From an archaeon (GTDB lineage: Archaea; Asgardarchaeota; Thorarchaeia; Thorarchaeales; Thorarchaeaceae): a stretch of DNA of 32,000 bases. The notes under the pieces were generated by a model. It ran no database searches and was not told the DNA's origin. It saw nothing but the letters and a program-made list of their open reading frames with translations. The translations under genes and the position numbers were made by a program. Positions 17,904 through 26,439 of the stretch are shown here, one piece after another. The stretch lies in NCBI GenBank assembly GCA_024275415.1, contig JAJRZD010000053.1, forward strand, positions 28,920 through 60,919. Reading direction: 5' to 3'. Each line of letters opens with the position of its first letter. The stretch's first letter is position 1.

Positions 17904-18158
17904 CTATCTGGGAATGACGAGGAACAGGATGAATAGGGACAAGGCGATGAAGAACAGGATGATTTGTGTTCTTCTACTAAACCCCCAGACCAACGGGATG
18001 GGCCCGATAAAGACGATGGCCTTGGTTTCCCTTTTGGTATCCATAGCGATATCATCGCTCATCCCCTTGGATGACAATAGACAGCCAATCATGACCAATA
18101 CAATGCCTATCACAATGATGATTATTGAAAGAATTTGAAGGTTCAGTGCTAACTGCAT
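17904..18158 (-). CDS. DUF131 / TIGR00304 family small membrane protein
   Basis: Signature IVFIGPIPLVWG between two hydrophobic helices. Confidence 0.8.
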   Translation of the reverse strand: MQLALNLQILSIIIIVIGIVLVMIGCLLSSKGMSDDIAMDTKRETKAIVFIGPIPLVWGFSRRTQIILFFIALSLFILFLVIPR

Positions 18159-18159
18159 C

Positions 18160-18747
18160 TTACTTTGCCACCTCTCTGCTCCTCCCCGTTCTGGTGTCCA
18201 GACGGGATTCTGGTATTAGGAATTCCATGGACTCGTATCCTCCTACTTCGTCTCCCTCCACTGCCCAGAGCACTACGAAATCCCCGTGTATTTCGAAGGT
18301 AAGTTTGCTATCAATCTCCACAATCTGTGTTCCGCTTGGGAATCTCCAGATAATCTCAAAGTCATAAGGGGCCACTTCCTCTTCCAACCATGTCTGGATA
18401 ATATTCCCCCCAGGTCGCATTACCCCTGCAAAATCGATAAGGTATACCACTGCAACCACATTGCTTACTCCCTTGAGAAAGATGTCCACATATCGGACAA
18501 TAGATTTGACCCGCTCACCATTTATCTCGACTCTCTCTTCGTCCAGAAAGAACTGCATGTTGGTTGCCAGCTTGCGAATCTCTTCCTCAAGGCGCCCTTC
18601 ATCCTGGAGAACCTGTCGGTAGTAGCCTTCTATGTCTATGTACTCGAAGCAGAGACGCTCATGAATCTCACCTGATGCTGCGACAGAGAAGAACGATTCA
18701 GCATGTATTGGCTCGACGAAATCCTCACTTTCAGAATACAATGACAT
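18160..18747 (-). CDS. Conserved archaeal hypothetical protein
   Basis: 195-aa acidic ORF with 1-4 nt gaps to its neighbours; EEEVAPYDFEIIWRFP segment. Confidence 0.72.
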   Translation of the reverse strand: MSLYSESEDFVEPIHAESFFSVAASGEIHERLCFEYIDIEGYYRQVLQDEGRLEEEIRKLATNMQFFLDEERVEINGERVKSIVRYVDIFLKGVSNVVAVVYLIDFAGVMRPGGNIIQTWLEEEVAPYDFEIIWRFPSGTQIVEIDSKLTFEIHGDFVVLWAVEGDEVGGYESMEFLIPESRLDTRTGRSREVAK

Positions 18748-18751
18748 TCAC

Positions 18752-19756
18752 CTACTCCAATGGTATTGCGTTGATTCCCTGTTGATTCAGATATTCTGAT
18801 AGCACTCCTGCATTGCCCGTGAAGCAGTATACAATTTTAGGGTTTACACTCTTGGCGAACTTGATGAGGTGCGGAAAGTCGGTGTGGGCACTAAGCGGAA
18901 ATCCGCCATTCTTGAACTCTCCTAGTGTCCATCCTGACAGATTGTAGTTCCTCTTCCTGCGATCCAAATCTCGTACGTAGGATGATCCTACCAATTTCCG
19001 GACGTTGCTGGGAATAAAACGTGGTGCAGATGACACTATGGCACAACCTTCTCGTAATGCCCTCCTTGCATCATTGCTCTTCAGACTGGTATAGCTTATC
19101 GGAACACCATGCCTACAGTAAACCTCTGTGACAGCATCAACAGCCTGATTTCCAGATACGACCTCAATGCCTTTCTGAGAGAGCAATGCGATGGTCTCCT
19201 GAGCTTTACCCAGTGAATAAGCACGGAATATGGGGATGTTTCCATTTTCGATGTGCATCTGTGCCACCTTCGTGATCTCTTCGTGGATTTTCTTTCGTTC
19301 AGGGAACACCCATTGGGGAGTCCCGTAGGTCGCTTCCATTATCAAAGCGCTCGTTTCAATGGGCTCGGCCGCTTCGTGAACGATGCTGTTGACTGAATTG
19401 AAATCTCCTGTGTAGAGTACCGTCATACCATCATCGAACTCGATCTTGAACATCGAAGACCCGATTACATGTCCAGCGTTCAATGCCGTGACATAGACCC
19501 CAACATGTCCGAACGTTTCACCAAGTTGGATAATCATCGGGTTCCTAGGTGGCTTTCCTCCTCTAGCCACTAGCGCGTCAATTGTTCCTAGTGTGGCGAT
19601 GACTTGCTTCGCCTGCTGAAGATTCCCTATATGGTCTGCGTGTGCATGGGACAGCAGTGTAGTAATCCTGGAAATACCTGTATCCAGCGCCAGCTTAACG
19701 CCTTTGTATGTGATGAGTATGCCTGTGCCATGTTTAACGACCTGTAATGATGACAT
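18752..19756 (-). CDS. Metallo-beta-lactamase / beta-CASP nuclease (COG1236-like)
   Basis: HAHADH, AGHVIGS, YTGD, MEATYG, AYSLGKAQE, LSAHTD. Start moved from 19792 to ATG 19756. Confidence 0.88.
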   Translation of the reverse strand: MSSLQVVKHGTGILITYKGVKLALDTGISRITTLLSHAHADHIGNLQQAKQVIATLGTIDALVARGGKPPRNPMIIQLGETFGHVGVYVTALNAGHVIGSSMFKIEFDDGMTVLYTGDFNSVNSIVHEAAEPIETSALIMEATYGTPQWVFPERKKIHEEITKVAQMHIENGNIPIFRAYSLGKAQETIALLSQKGIEVVSGNQAVDAVTEVYCRHGVPISYTSLKSNDARRALREGCAIVSSAPRFIPSNVRKLVGSSYVRDLDRRKRNYNLSGWTLGEFKNGGFPLSAHTDFPHLIKFAKSVNPKIVYCFTGNAGVLSEYLNQQGINAIPLE

Positions 19757-19816
19757 AAGGGAACCAGACCGTGACTGCGAGGATGTGAACAAAAGGCTTT
19801 CCGCCTTGTACTAGTC

Positions 19817-20701
19817 CTACAATCTCTTCCTGTAGAGTAGCAGCTCGGTCTTCCACTTGGAAACCCCGCAAATTTGCTCCATTGCATTGACGATGCTGGA
19901 ATCACTGGGCATCATATCAAGCACAATGGATGAGAGTCCTGATTGGTGGGCAATATGACATATCATTGCTGCCACATCCTGAGCAGAAACGACCGAAGGG
20001 TCAAACATGGCCGCCGCAACCACCAAAGAGGTCTTCCAGTGGAACGCGCCCATTGCCAGATAAGGGTCTGACTTGTCTGATGCAGTATGCAATGTGTTGT
20101 TTGCACCTGCAAGGATGATCCCATGCCATAAGGAACCATGGTCAGGACGCTCTTCTAAGGGTATCTTCCAGTAGAAACTCTTCAGGCTCTCAAATGAGGC
20201 CGGTATCTCGTCCCACGTATGAATAGTTTCTGGTGCAGAATCAGGAACCGAATACACAACTCTGTAGAACGTACCTTTCTCCTTGAATCCATTCTCGATC
20301 AGGCCGTCCTCAGCCCATCCCCCCACATCGGGAACCAATGGGAACGGGATGTCCTCTTCTGTAAGGTTGCGGTTTACTACGGCATCCGCTTCTCGTATCG
20401 CCACAGACTTGAAAAATGGTAAAGAGTTCCTGATGACATGCTTGGTCAGCTGCCCTCGCAATGCACTGGTTATCCGCAATCCCGAAAGCAGAAGGCACAT
20501 CCGTGTCTTATCGCGGAAGATTGAGGATGTTCCGACCATTTCGTCCCCTAAGTGTGACACGAAGAACATACTCTCCTCCATCTCTATACATTTCTGTGTC
20601 ACAGTCCTATCGACTGCTGGGATATCAGGAACCTGTAGCCCCACCCAGACCGATAGCTCATCAGCAGAAAGCCTTCGTGAATAATATGACCGTTCATCCA
20701 T
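19817..20701 (-). CDS. Hypothetical protein, possibly GNAT-like fold
   Basis: 294 aa; FFVSHLGDEMVG and LRITSALRGQ loosely resemble GNAT beta-2/3 and motif A. CDS is solid, fold call is weak. Confidence 0.65.
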   Translation of the reverse strand: MDERSYYSRRLSADELSVWVGLQVPDIPAVDRTVTQKCIEMEESMFFVSHLGDEMVGTSSIFRDKTRMCLLLSGLRITSALRGQLTKHVIRNSLPFFKSVAIREADAVVNRNLTEEDIPFPLVPDVGGWAEDGLIENGFKEKGTFYRVVYSVPDSAPETIHTWDEIPASFESLKSFYWKIPLEERPDHGSLWHGIILAGANNTLHTASDKSDPYLAMGAFHWKTSLVVAAAMFDPSVVSAQDVAAMICHIAHQSGLSSIVLDMMPSDSSIVNAMEQICGVSKWKTELLLYRKRL

Positions 20702-20822
20702 TGTTTTTCACTCGGCACTATCCCGTCCAACACCCTATCATTTAAAACTCATTACGACCTTTTTGGGTGATGGAACGTAGGGTCTCTCGGAAACATCTCT
20801 TTTAATGTGAGGAGGAAACAGG

Positions 20823-21806
20823 TTGAAATCACTGGTGCTTACTCAGGACGGGTTTCAGATAGCGGACACGCCTTTGCCCCCGTTGATGCCTGGTGATGTT
20901 CGAATCGAGATCCGGTCAATCGGAGTGTGCAGGACTGATTTGCGTATCTGGAAAGGCCAGATTGATGTTGCCCTTCCTCTTATTCTCGGTCACGAGATTT
21001 CTGGTGTTATCCATGAAAGCACAGTTACTGAGTTAGTACCTGGAACCCCTGTCACCACCGAGATAGACACCTCATGTGGCATATGCTGGTATTGCCAGCA
21101 CAGAAAACGGCATCTATGTGCAAAGAGAAAAACTCTTGGATTTGATATTGATGGAGGACTTGCAGAGTACATCTCTGTCCCCGGAGAACTAGTCCATGTC
21201 CTACCTGAAGGGATCGACTACGTTCAGGGCACCTTCGTTTCTCCCACATCCATTGCCATTGAAACCTATACCCGCTCCACAGTCAATCCCCACGAGAGCG
21301 TTCTGGTAATCGGTACTGGAAAGATGGGACTGATAGTAGCACAAGTGTTCGAAGCGTTTGGTGCGAATGTGTACCTTCTAGGCGACAACCGATGGCATAT
21401 GGGAGTCGCTCGGCAATTGGGACTGCGGAATATAATCGCGCAACAAGCAGATTGGCAAGAGAAACTGAAATCTCTGACTGATGTTGGTCCACACATTGTA
21501 GTCGAGGCTACAGGAACCAAAAATGGGTTGGATACAGCAATCGAAGTTGTACGAAATGACGGTACTATTGCCCTTGCCGGACATCATCTTCCCGAATATC
21601 CTCTATCCCCAGAAACCTTGACACAAAGGGAGTTGAAGATTATTGGCACATTCAGGGGCGATTATAAGATGGCAATCGATATGCTCCAGAAAGGGAGGAT
21701 CGAGGTTGACAGACTTGTCACCAAGCAATTCCCATTGGAACAGGGAGCCAAGGCATTCGAGGAAGCATGCAACCCCGATATTCTAAAGGTCAACATCAAC
21801 ATCTAG
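20823..21806 (+). CDS. Zn-dependent medium-chain dehydrogenase (threonine/sorbitol dehydrogenase-like)
   Basis: GVCRTD, GHE, structural Zn motif CGICWYC..C, Rossmann VIGTGKMG, VEATG; GAGGAGG RBS. Confidence 0.88.
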   Translation: MKSLVLTQDGFQIADTPLPPLMPGDVRIEIRSIGVCRTDLRIWKGQIDVALPLILGHEISGVIHESTVTELVPGTPVTTEIDTSCGICWYCQHRKRHLCAKRKTLGFDIDGGLAEYISVPGELVHVLPEGIDYVQGTFVSPTSIAIETYTRSTVNPHESVLVIGTGKMGLIVAQVFEAFGANVYLLGDNRWHMGVARQLGLRNIIAQQADWQEKLKSLTDVGPHIVVEATGTKNGLDTAIEVVRNDGTIALAGHHLPEYPLSPETLTQRELKIIGTFRGDYKMAIDMLQKGRIEVDRLVTKQFPLEQGAKAFEEACNPDILKVNINI

Positions 21807-21816
21807 AGGCTAATTC

Positions 21817-23085
21817 ATGCAGACGATTGCCGCAGACCTACATATCCACTCTCCTCATTCAATTGGCGTAAGCAAGCATATGACTATCCCTAACCTCTCT
21901 GGTGGCGCTTTGAAGAAAGGGGTCAGTTTGATCGGTACTGGAGATGCAACACAACCTGACTGGCTTGCACATCTGGAGAAGACTCTCAGTCGAGCGGATG
22001 ACATGCTTTCATATAACGGGGTGGCATTCATACCCACAGTCGAAGTGGAGGATGCCGACTCGATACATCATGTGATTATTCTACCCCATCTTGATGCGGT
22101 TCGACAGCTCAGGACTCTCTTGTCAAATAACTCTCCCAATCTGGATCATGAATGGGGAGGGCGCCCGCGAGTCAATCTGAAGGCCGAACCAATTGCAGGA
22201 ATGGTTCGAGATGTCGGAGGCATGATCGGCCCTGCACATGCCTTCACACCGTTCAGATCCATATTCCGTGAGGGCAAGTACGATAGCCTCAAGGCATGCT
22301 ATGGCGATGAGTCAGAGCATATCCATTTCCTCGAATTAGGGCTTTCGGCTGATACCGAGATTGCCGATTACATCCCATCCCTGAGAAGGCTTACCTATAT
22401 TACATCGAGCGATGCTCACTCGCCGTCGCCTGACAAGCTGGGGAGGGAGTTTATCCGGTTGGAAATCAAAGCCCCCACATTCGAGGAAGTGAAAAAGGCG
22501 TTCACTAGGACTGGCGGTAGAAAGGTCAGTCTGAATGTGGGGTTGCACCCGAAGCTCGGGAAATACTATCTGTCGTTCTGCTCGAAATGCCGCAGGACTC
22601 TGGTTGTCATGGATGGGAAAGGATCTGTTTCCTTTGATGACATGAACATATACATCGAGTGTGAGAACGAAACGGATCGGGCCCGCCTACTGTCTGATAT
22701 CCACAAGCGTGCAGTCCGGTGTCCTCATGACGGGAAGCCCCTTCGACTAGGCGTTCGTGATAGGGCAATGATGCTAGGTGAAGTGAAAAGCTTGAGTCCC
22801 TCGCACCGTCCCCAGTACATGCATATCCCGCCTCTCCTTGAGATGATTCAGCTTGCATTAGGCACGAGCTCACCAAAGGCAAAGTCCGTAACAAAACTCT
22901 ACGACAGGATGATAGAAACCCTGGGCACCGAGGTCGATATCATAACATCCAGTGGTTCAGACGAGGTGGATGCGTTCAATACTAAAGTGGGTGTTATCAT
23001 CGGCGCTTACCGTAGCGGAAAGATAAAGTACATTCCCGGTGGTGGTGGGAGATACGGCTCGATCGTAGCACCATGGGATGTGTAA
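21817..23085 (+). CDS. Endonuclease Q (TIGR00375 PHP-family) homologue
   Basis: ADLHIHS, GTGD, PAHAFTP, ELGLSAD, SDAHS, KLGRE, GKY, LGVRDR, PGGGGRYG; 422 aa. Confidence 0.85.
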   Translation: MQTIAADLHIHSPHSIGVSKHMTIPNLSGGALKKGVSLIGTGDATQPDWLAHLEKTLSRADDMLSYNGVAFIPTVEVEDADSIHHVIILPHLDAVRQLRTLLSNNSPNLDHEWGGRPRVNLKAEPIAGMVRDVGGMIGPAHAFTPFRSIFREGKYDSLKACYGDESEHIHFLELGLSADTEIADYIPSLRRLTYITSSDAHSPSPDKLGREFIRLEIKAPTFEEVKKAFTRTGGRKVSLNVGLHPKLGKYYLSFCSKCRRTLVVMDGKGSVSFDDMNIYIECENETDRARLLSDIHKRAVRCPHDGKPLRLGVRDRAMMLGEVKSLSPSHRPQYMHIPPLLEMIQLALGTSSPKAKSVTKLYDRMIETLGTEVDIITSSGSDEVDAFNTKVGVIIGAYRSGKIKYIPGGGGRYGSIVAPWDV

Positions 23086-23089
23086 TGAA

Positions 23090-23401
23090 ATGACCGTTGT
23101 TAGAGGAATCATTCGGGAAGTAGGTAGGAGTACGACCACCCGAGTAGGAACCAGAAGATGGTATGGCAAAACGAACCTTGTAATTCAAGATGAGAAGACC
23201 TTGAAGACATACACCGTCCACCTTCCTGCGTCTGTGATGGACAAGTGCCGCTTTCTTCCTCGAGTGGGAATTCCTGTGATTGTGCACGGGTATGTCGAGG
23301 AGGCTGAATATGGCCTGTCTGATTATGTCGTGACACGCGTCACTCACATCAAGAGGGAAGGAGAGGGCATCCTTAGAGTACACAAGTTCGATGATGAATA
23401 G
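23090..23401 (+). CDS. Small OB-fold-like protein
   Basis: Pattern VRGIIREV..NLVIQDE..TYTVHL..GIPVIVHGYV..VTRV typical of OB folds; start at 23078 (overlapping EndoQ) or 23090. Confidence 0.6.
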   Translation: MTVVRGIIREVGRSTTTRVGTRRWYGKTNLVIQDEKTLKTYTVHLPASVMDKCRFLPRVGIPVIVHGYVEEAEYGLSDYVVTRVTHIKREGEGILRVHKFDDE

Positions 23402-23408
23402 ACCGCGG

Positions 23409-23711
23409 TCATCTCTTGCGTGAACGGATGAGGAACGCCGGTGAAATAATCCACTGCGACTTGCATTTTGGACATTTCGAAGGTCTCTTGGACGAGCTCT
23501 TGGTCTTGAAGACATAGTCGCATTTCCCACATCGTGCAGGGCGAACAAGAAGGCTCTTGCCCACATTCTTTAGGGACTTAGAAATGTGGTCGATGTCCTC
23601 GTACACGACAGATCGTTGTTTGATGTCCAATTCTTGACATATGTCCTCGGCTGTAAGCGGATAATCGACCGACTCAAGCAGTTCGACAATGCGTTCTCTT
23701 CTCGTCTGCAT
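23409..23711 (-). CDS. Archaeal HTH plus Zn-ribbon transcriptional regulator (COG3357)
   Basis: TRRERIVELL..VYEDIDHISKS..PARCGKCDYVF..PSKCPKCKSQWI. Start moved from 23798 to ATG 23711. Confidence 0.88.
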   Translation of the reverse strand: MQTRRERIVELLESVDYPLTAEDICQELDIKQRSVVYEDIDHISKSLKNVGKSLLVRPARCGKCDYVFKTKSSSKRPSKCPKCKSQWIISPAFLIRSRKR

Positions 23712-23811
23712 CAGGATCAACTCATTAATACCTACCATGAGATGTTCAGTCTTTTGAACAACGTGTTTCAAACGTAGAGTCAATACTAAATGAATCACAT
23801 ACTATCGTGAG

Positions 23812-24543
23812 TTGATGCATATGAAAGAATATGACACCGGGATTAGATCCACATCGATTGTGGCGGTCGTTATCGCCATAGTAGCAGTCGCTGGACTATT
23901 CACAGCGTCCACACTGATTAACAATGTGATTCCTACGACAACTACGACTGGAACAAACACAAATCCCCCTTCAGGAAATTATGGGATTCGGGCAGCAACA
24001 TATCTCGAAAGCCGAAGGGATGATGTTGTCTTCTACTGGATGTACAACTCGTCCTTTGTGAACGAAGACCTTTCGGATTTCTATAAGACATCACACCCTG
24101 ATGCCTATGTCGATGGTGTCCGGATGAATCGCACTGACGCCGGAGGCATTATCAATGTCCTGTTTGCACCTTGGTCTGCGGGCATCATCGGTGAAGGAGT
24201 ACTGCCCTCCTCTGAATGGGAAACCATGTCCGGGTCACTGGTGAATACAATCGAGTCACTTGCGGACTATCCGGGAACGCCAGAGATCCCTGATTGGTAT
24301 CCGACCTTCACTATTGGCATCTATTTCGATGATGGGACATTCTTCCTCTTGCAATACTATTCTGCACAGCAAGCTGTATCACTCATCAATGGCACTTGGG
24401 ATGGGTTTAACGAGTGGGGCTGGCCAAATGACATCTCGTTCGCACAAACCGAACTATGGCTAGATGCAGCGAACCGGATGGAAACTCCAATGAATGACTT
24501 CTACACGGCAATCACTGAAACAGTAGCGTATCCAAGCGGTTGA
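23812..24543 (+). CDS. Hypothetical N-terminally anchored extracytoplasmic protein
   Basis: One TM helix, PTTTTTGTNTNPP linker, acidic/aromatic domain with sequons NSS, NRT, NGT; start could be 23821. Confidence 0.75.
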   Translation: MMHMKEYDTGIRSTSIVAVVIAIVAVAGLFTASTLINNVIPTTTTTGTNTNPPSGNYGIRAATYLESRRDDVVFYWMYNSSFVNEDLSDFYKTSHPDAYVDGVRMNRTDAGGIINVLFAPWSAGIIGEGVLPSSEWETMSGSLVNTIESLADYPGTPEIPDWYPTFTIGIYFDDGTFFLLQYYSAQQAVSLINGTWDGFNEWGWPNDISFAQTELWLDAANRMETPMNDFYTAITETVAYPSG

Positions 24544-24555
24544 TACACAACGACG

Positions 24556-24580
24556 AGTGAGTGATTTTATATCACTCACT
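24556..24580. promoter_or_regulatory. Perfect inverted repeat enclosing a TATA box (candidate operator)
   Basis: AGTGAGTGAT-TTTAT-ATCACTCACT; 10-bp arms around a 5-nt spacer; TTTTATAT lies at the centre. Confidence 0.65.
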
Positions 24581-24609
24581 TATCTCTTTGACTTCGGGGA
24601 GACTGACAA

Positions 24610-25056
24610 TTGACGAACGACGAGCACAAGGATATGATTAACAAACTTCTCAAAGGGCGCACAATGAGTGTCTATGCGTTACTCCTGACAAATGAGGGGT
24701 TAGGGGTACGTGAGGTACAACGAAAGTTGGGGTTCTCTACTCCAAGCTTGGCTCTACATCATCTGACGAAACTTCAGGAACTGGAATTGATTGATAAGAA
24801 CGTGCATGGTGAGTATTTCATCAAGAAGCATGTCAAAGCAGGCTCTTTATCGCTGTTCGTCAGACTGGGAAAGCATCTCCTCCCTCGGTTCCTGTTCCTG
24901 CTCACTTTCCTGTCATTCATGCTGATAGTATATTCGCTCTTCTTCCTATCCTGGCCCATAACCGGGAATGACCTCATGTTCATCATGCTTTGCGTTATCA
25001 CGATTGGCGTAGTCCTGTATGAAAGTGTGAAAATCTGGAATCTATCCCCTTTCTGA
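24610..25056 (+). CDS. Winged-helix transcriptional regulator with two C-terminal TM helices
   Basis: LGVREVQRKLGFSTPSLALHHLTKLQELELI..GEY wHTH, then two hydrophobic helices; TTG start. Confidence 0.85.
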   Translation: MTNDEHKDMINKLLKGRTMSVYALLLTNEGLGVREVQRKLGFSTPSLALHHLTKLQELELIDKNVHGEYFIKKHVKAGSLSLFVRLGKHLLPRFLFLLTFLSFMLIVYSLFFLSWPITGNDLMFIMLCVITIGVVLYESVKIWNLSPF

Positions 25057-25143
25057 TGCCATCCTTCGGGTGTGCCGAGTGAAGGGATTATATGAGAATT
25101 CACCGTCAGAGAGAGTGTTGACTTACAGCCCGAGAGATAATCT

Positions 25144-26397
25144 ATGCCACAGCAGAAACTGGAATCACAGAAGCCCTCTTCCATCGACGACTCACTGTGT
25201 TCCAGGTGTATGGGGCATCGCTCGCTCTGTGGTATAAAGCCATGCCCGCTACTGCTGAGGGCTCGGGCCCTTGTAGACATAGAGAGTGCTGTAAGAGGAC
25301 AAAGCCTCGAAGGTTCTTCTCCTCCTTCTATCTTTGTTGGCAATCAGGGATACCCAAAGGTCTTAGCGGGTCCCCTGATACCACCAGTCCGCGGTGAGAC
25401 CTCCCTGATGGAGCGACCTGATCTTTGGTTGGACAAGACCCTTGATGAGATTCTCTCGATTAGGTTCAATCTTGTCCGCACAAAGAAACGGATTCCTGTG
25501 GATGATGCAATGGATCCTTCGAGGATGCTACAGGAAACCCAGACCATGGCGCTTTCAGAGGTCCCTCTCGATTCAGAGGCGACATTGCTTAAACGTCCGA
25601 CCTTTACATCAGTCTTCACAGGAAGGACATTGCCAATAGGCCCATCTGCCCCCCTAGATGACTTTCATCTCGAAGCAAATCCAAAAGTCCCTCGTCCTGT
25701 GGACAAGGTTACCTCTGATATCGATCTCGATACGACCAAAGGAGTCATGAGTCTCTTTGAGAGTGGTATCCGTCAGGAGCACATGACTCGGCTCCTATCA
25801 GTCGGTCTGTTAGGTGTGCAAAAAAGGCGTAGGCTCGTACCGACATTGTGGAGCATCACTGCCGTCGATGATATCATCGGGAAGCAACTGCACAGGGAAG
25901 TCCTTCGATTGCCATGGCTCAACGATTATGAGGTGTATGTCGACCATGCGCTGGGCAATACGGTCATTCTGCTCTTCCTGCCAAGTGCATGGCAATTCGA
26001 GGCACTGGAATGCTGGCTTGGAAGTCTGAACCCTCCAATTATCACTGACCATGAACGCAACAAAGGGAGAAATAAGTATGCATCATCAGTTGCGGGTGCG
26101 TACTATGCAACTAGGCTACCAGCACTTGAACATCTTGTAACGAGGCAGCACAAACAAGCGGGTGTCATCGTGTTCATGGAGATCGACCCAGCACAGTGGG
26201 TTCCACTAGGTGTATGGCGATTTCGTGAGATAGCACATCGTGCCCTCAACAAGCCCACAAAAAGGTTCTCGACGCTTGATGAGGCAATTCTTGAGATTGA
26301 TTACTATCTACGGCATCCTGTGAAGAAGTACCTTGACGCAAGCACAATCTACAAGGAGTTCAATCATCAGACGCTCCTGACTGATTTCATCAATTAA
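25144..26397 (+). CDS. nreA: Nre family DNA repair protein (DUF650/DUF651)
   Basis: CSRC..LCGIKPCP, GSSPPSIFVG..GYPKV..GP, RRLVPTLWSITAVDD, AGAYYATRL, PLGVW; C-terminal PIP-like QTLLTDF. Confidence 0.9.
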   Translation: MPQQKLESQKPSSIDDSLCSRCMGHRSLCGIKPCPLLLRARALVDIESAVRGQSLEGSSPPSIFVGNQGYPKVLAGPLIPPVRGETSLMERPDLWLDKTLDEILSIRFNLVRTKKRIPVDDAMDPSRMLQETQTMALSEVPLDSEATLLKRPTFTSVFTGRTLPIGPSAPLDDFHLEANPKVPRPVDKVTSDIDLDTTKGVMSLFESGIRQEHMTRLLSVGLLGVQKRRRLVPTLWSITAVDDIIGKQLHREVLRLPWLNDYEVYVDHALGNTVILLFLPSAWQFEALECWLGSLNPPIITDHERNKGRNKYASSVAGAYYATRLPALEHLVTRQHKQAGVIVFMEIDPAQWVPLGVWRFREIAHRALNKPTKRFSTLDEAILEIDYYLRHPVKKYLDASTIYKEFNHQTLLTDFIN

Positions 26398-26439
26398 TAC
26401 GGGCAATTTAAGAGGGGAATGGACGACTAGCTGGGTGAG

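Noticed and set aside
23401-23410. Perfect palindrome GACCGCGGTC between convergent stops
   Set aside because: Only 10 bp, overlaps both stop codons, leaves no loop and has no U-tract; chance occurrence is plausible
24774-25343. 189-aa minus-strand ORF with several Cys
   Set aside because: Antisense to both the wHTH and nreA genes, with no recognisable motif
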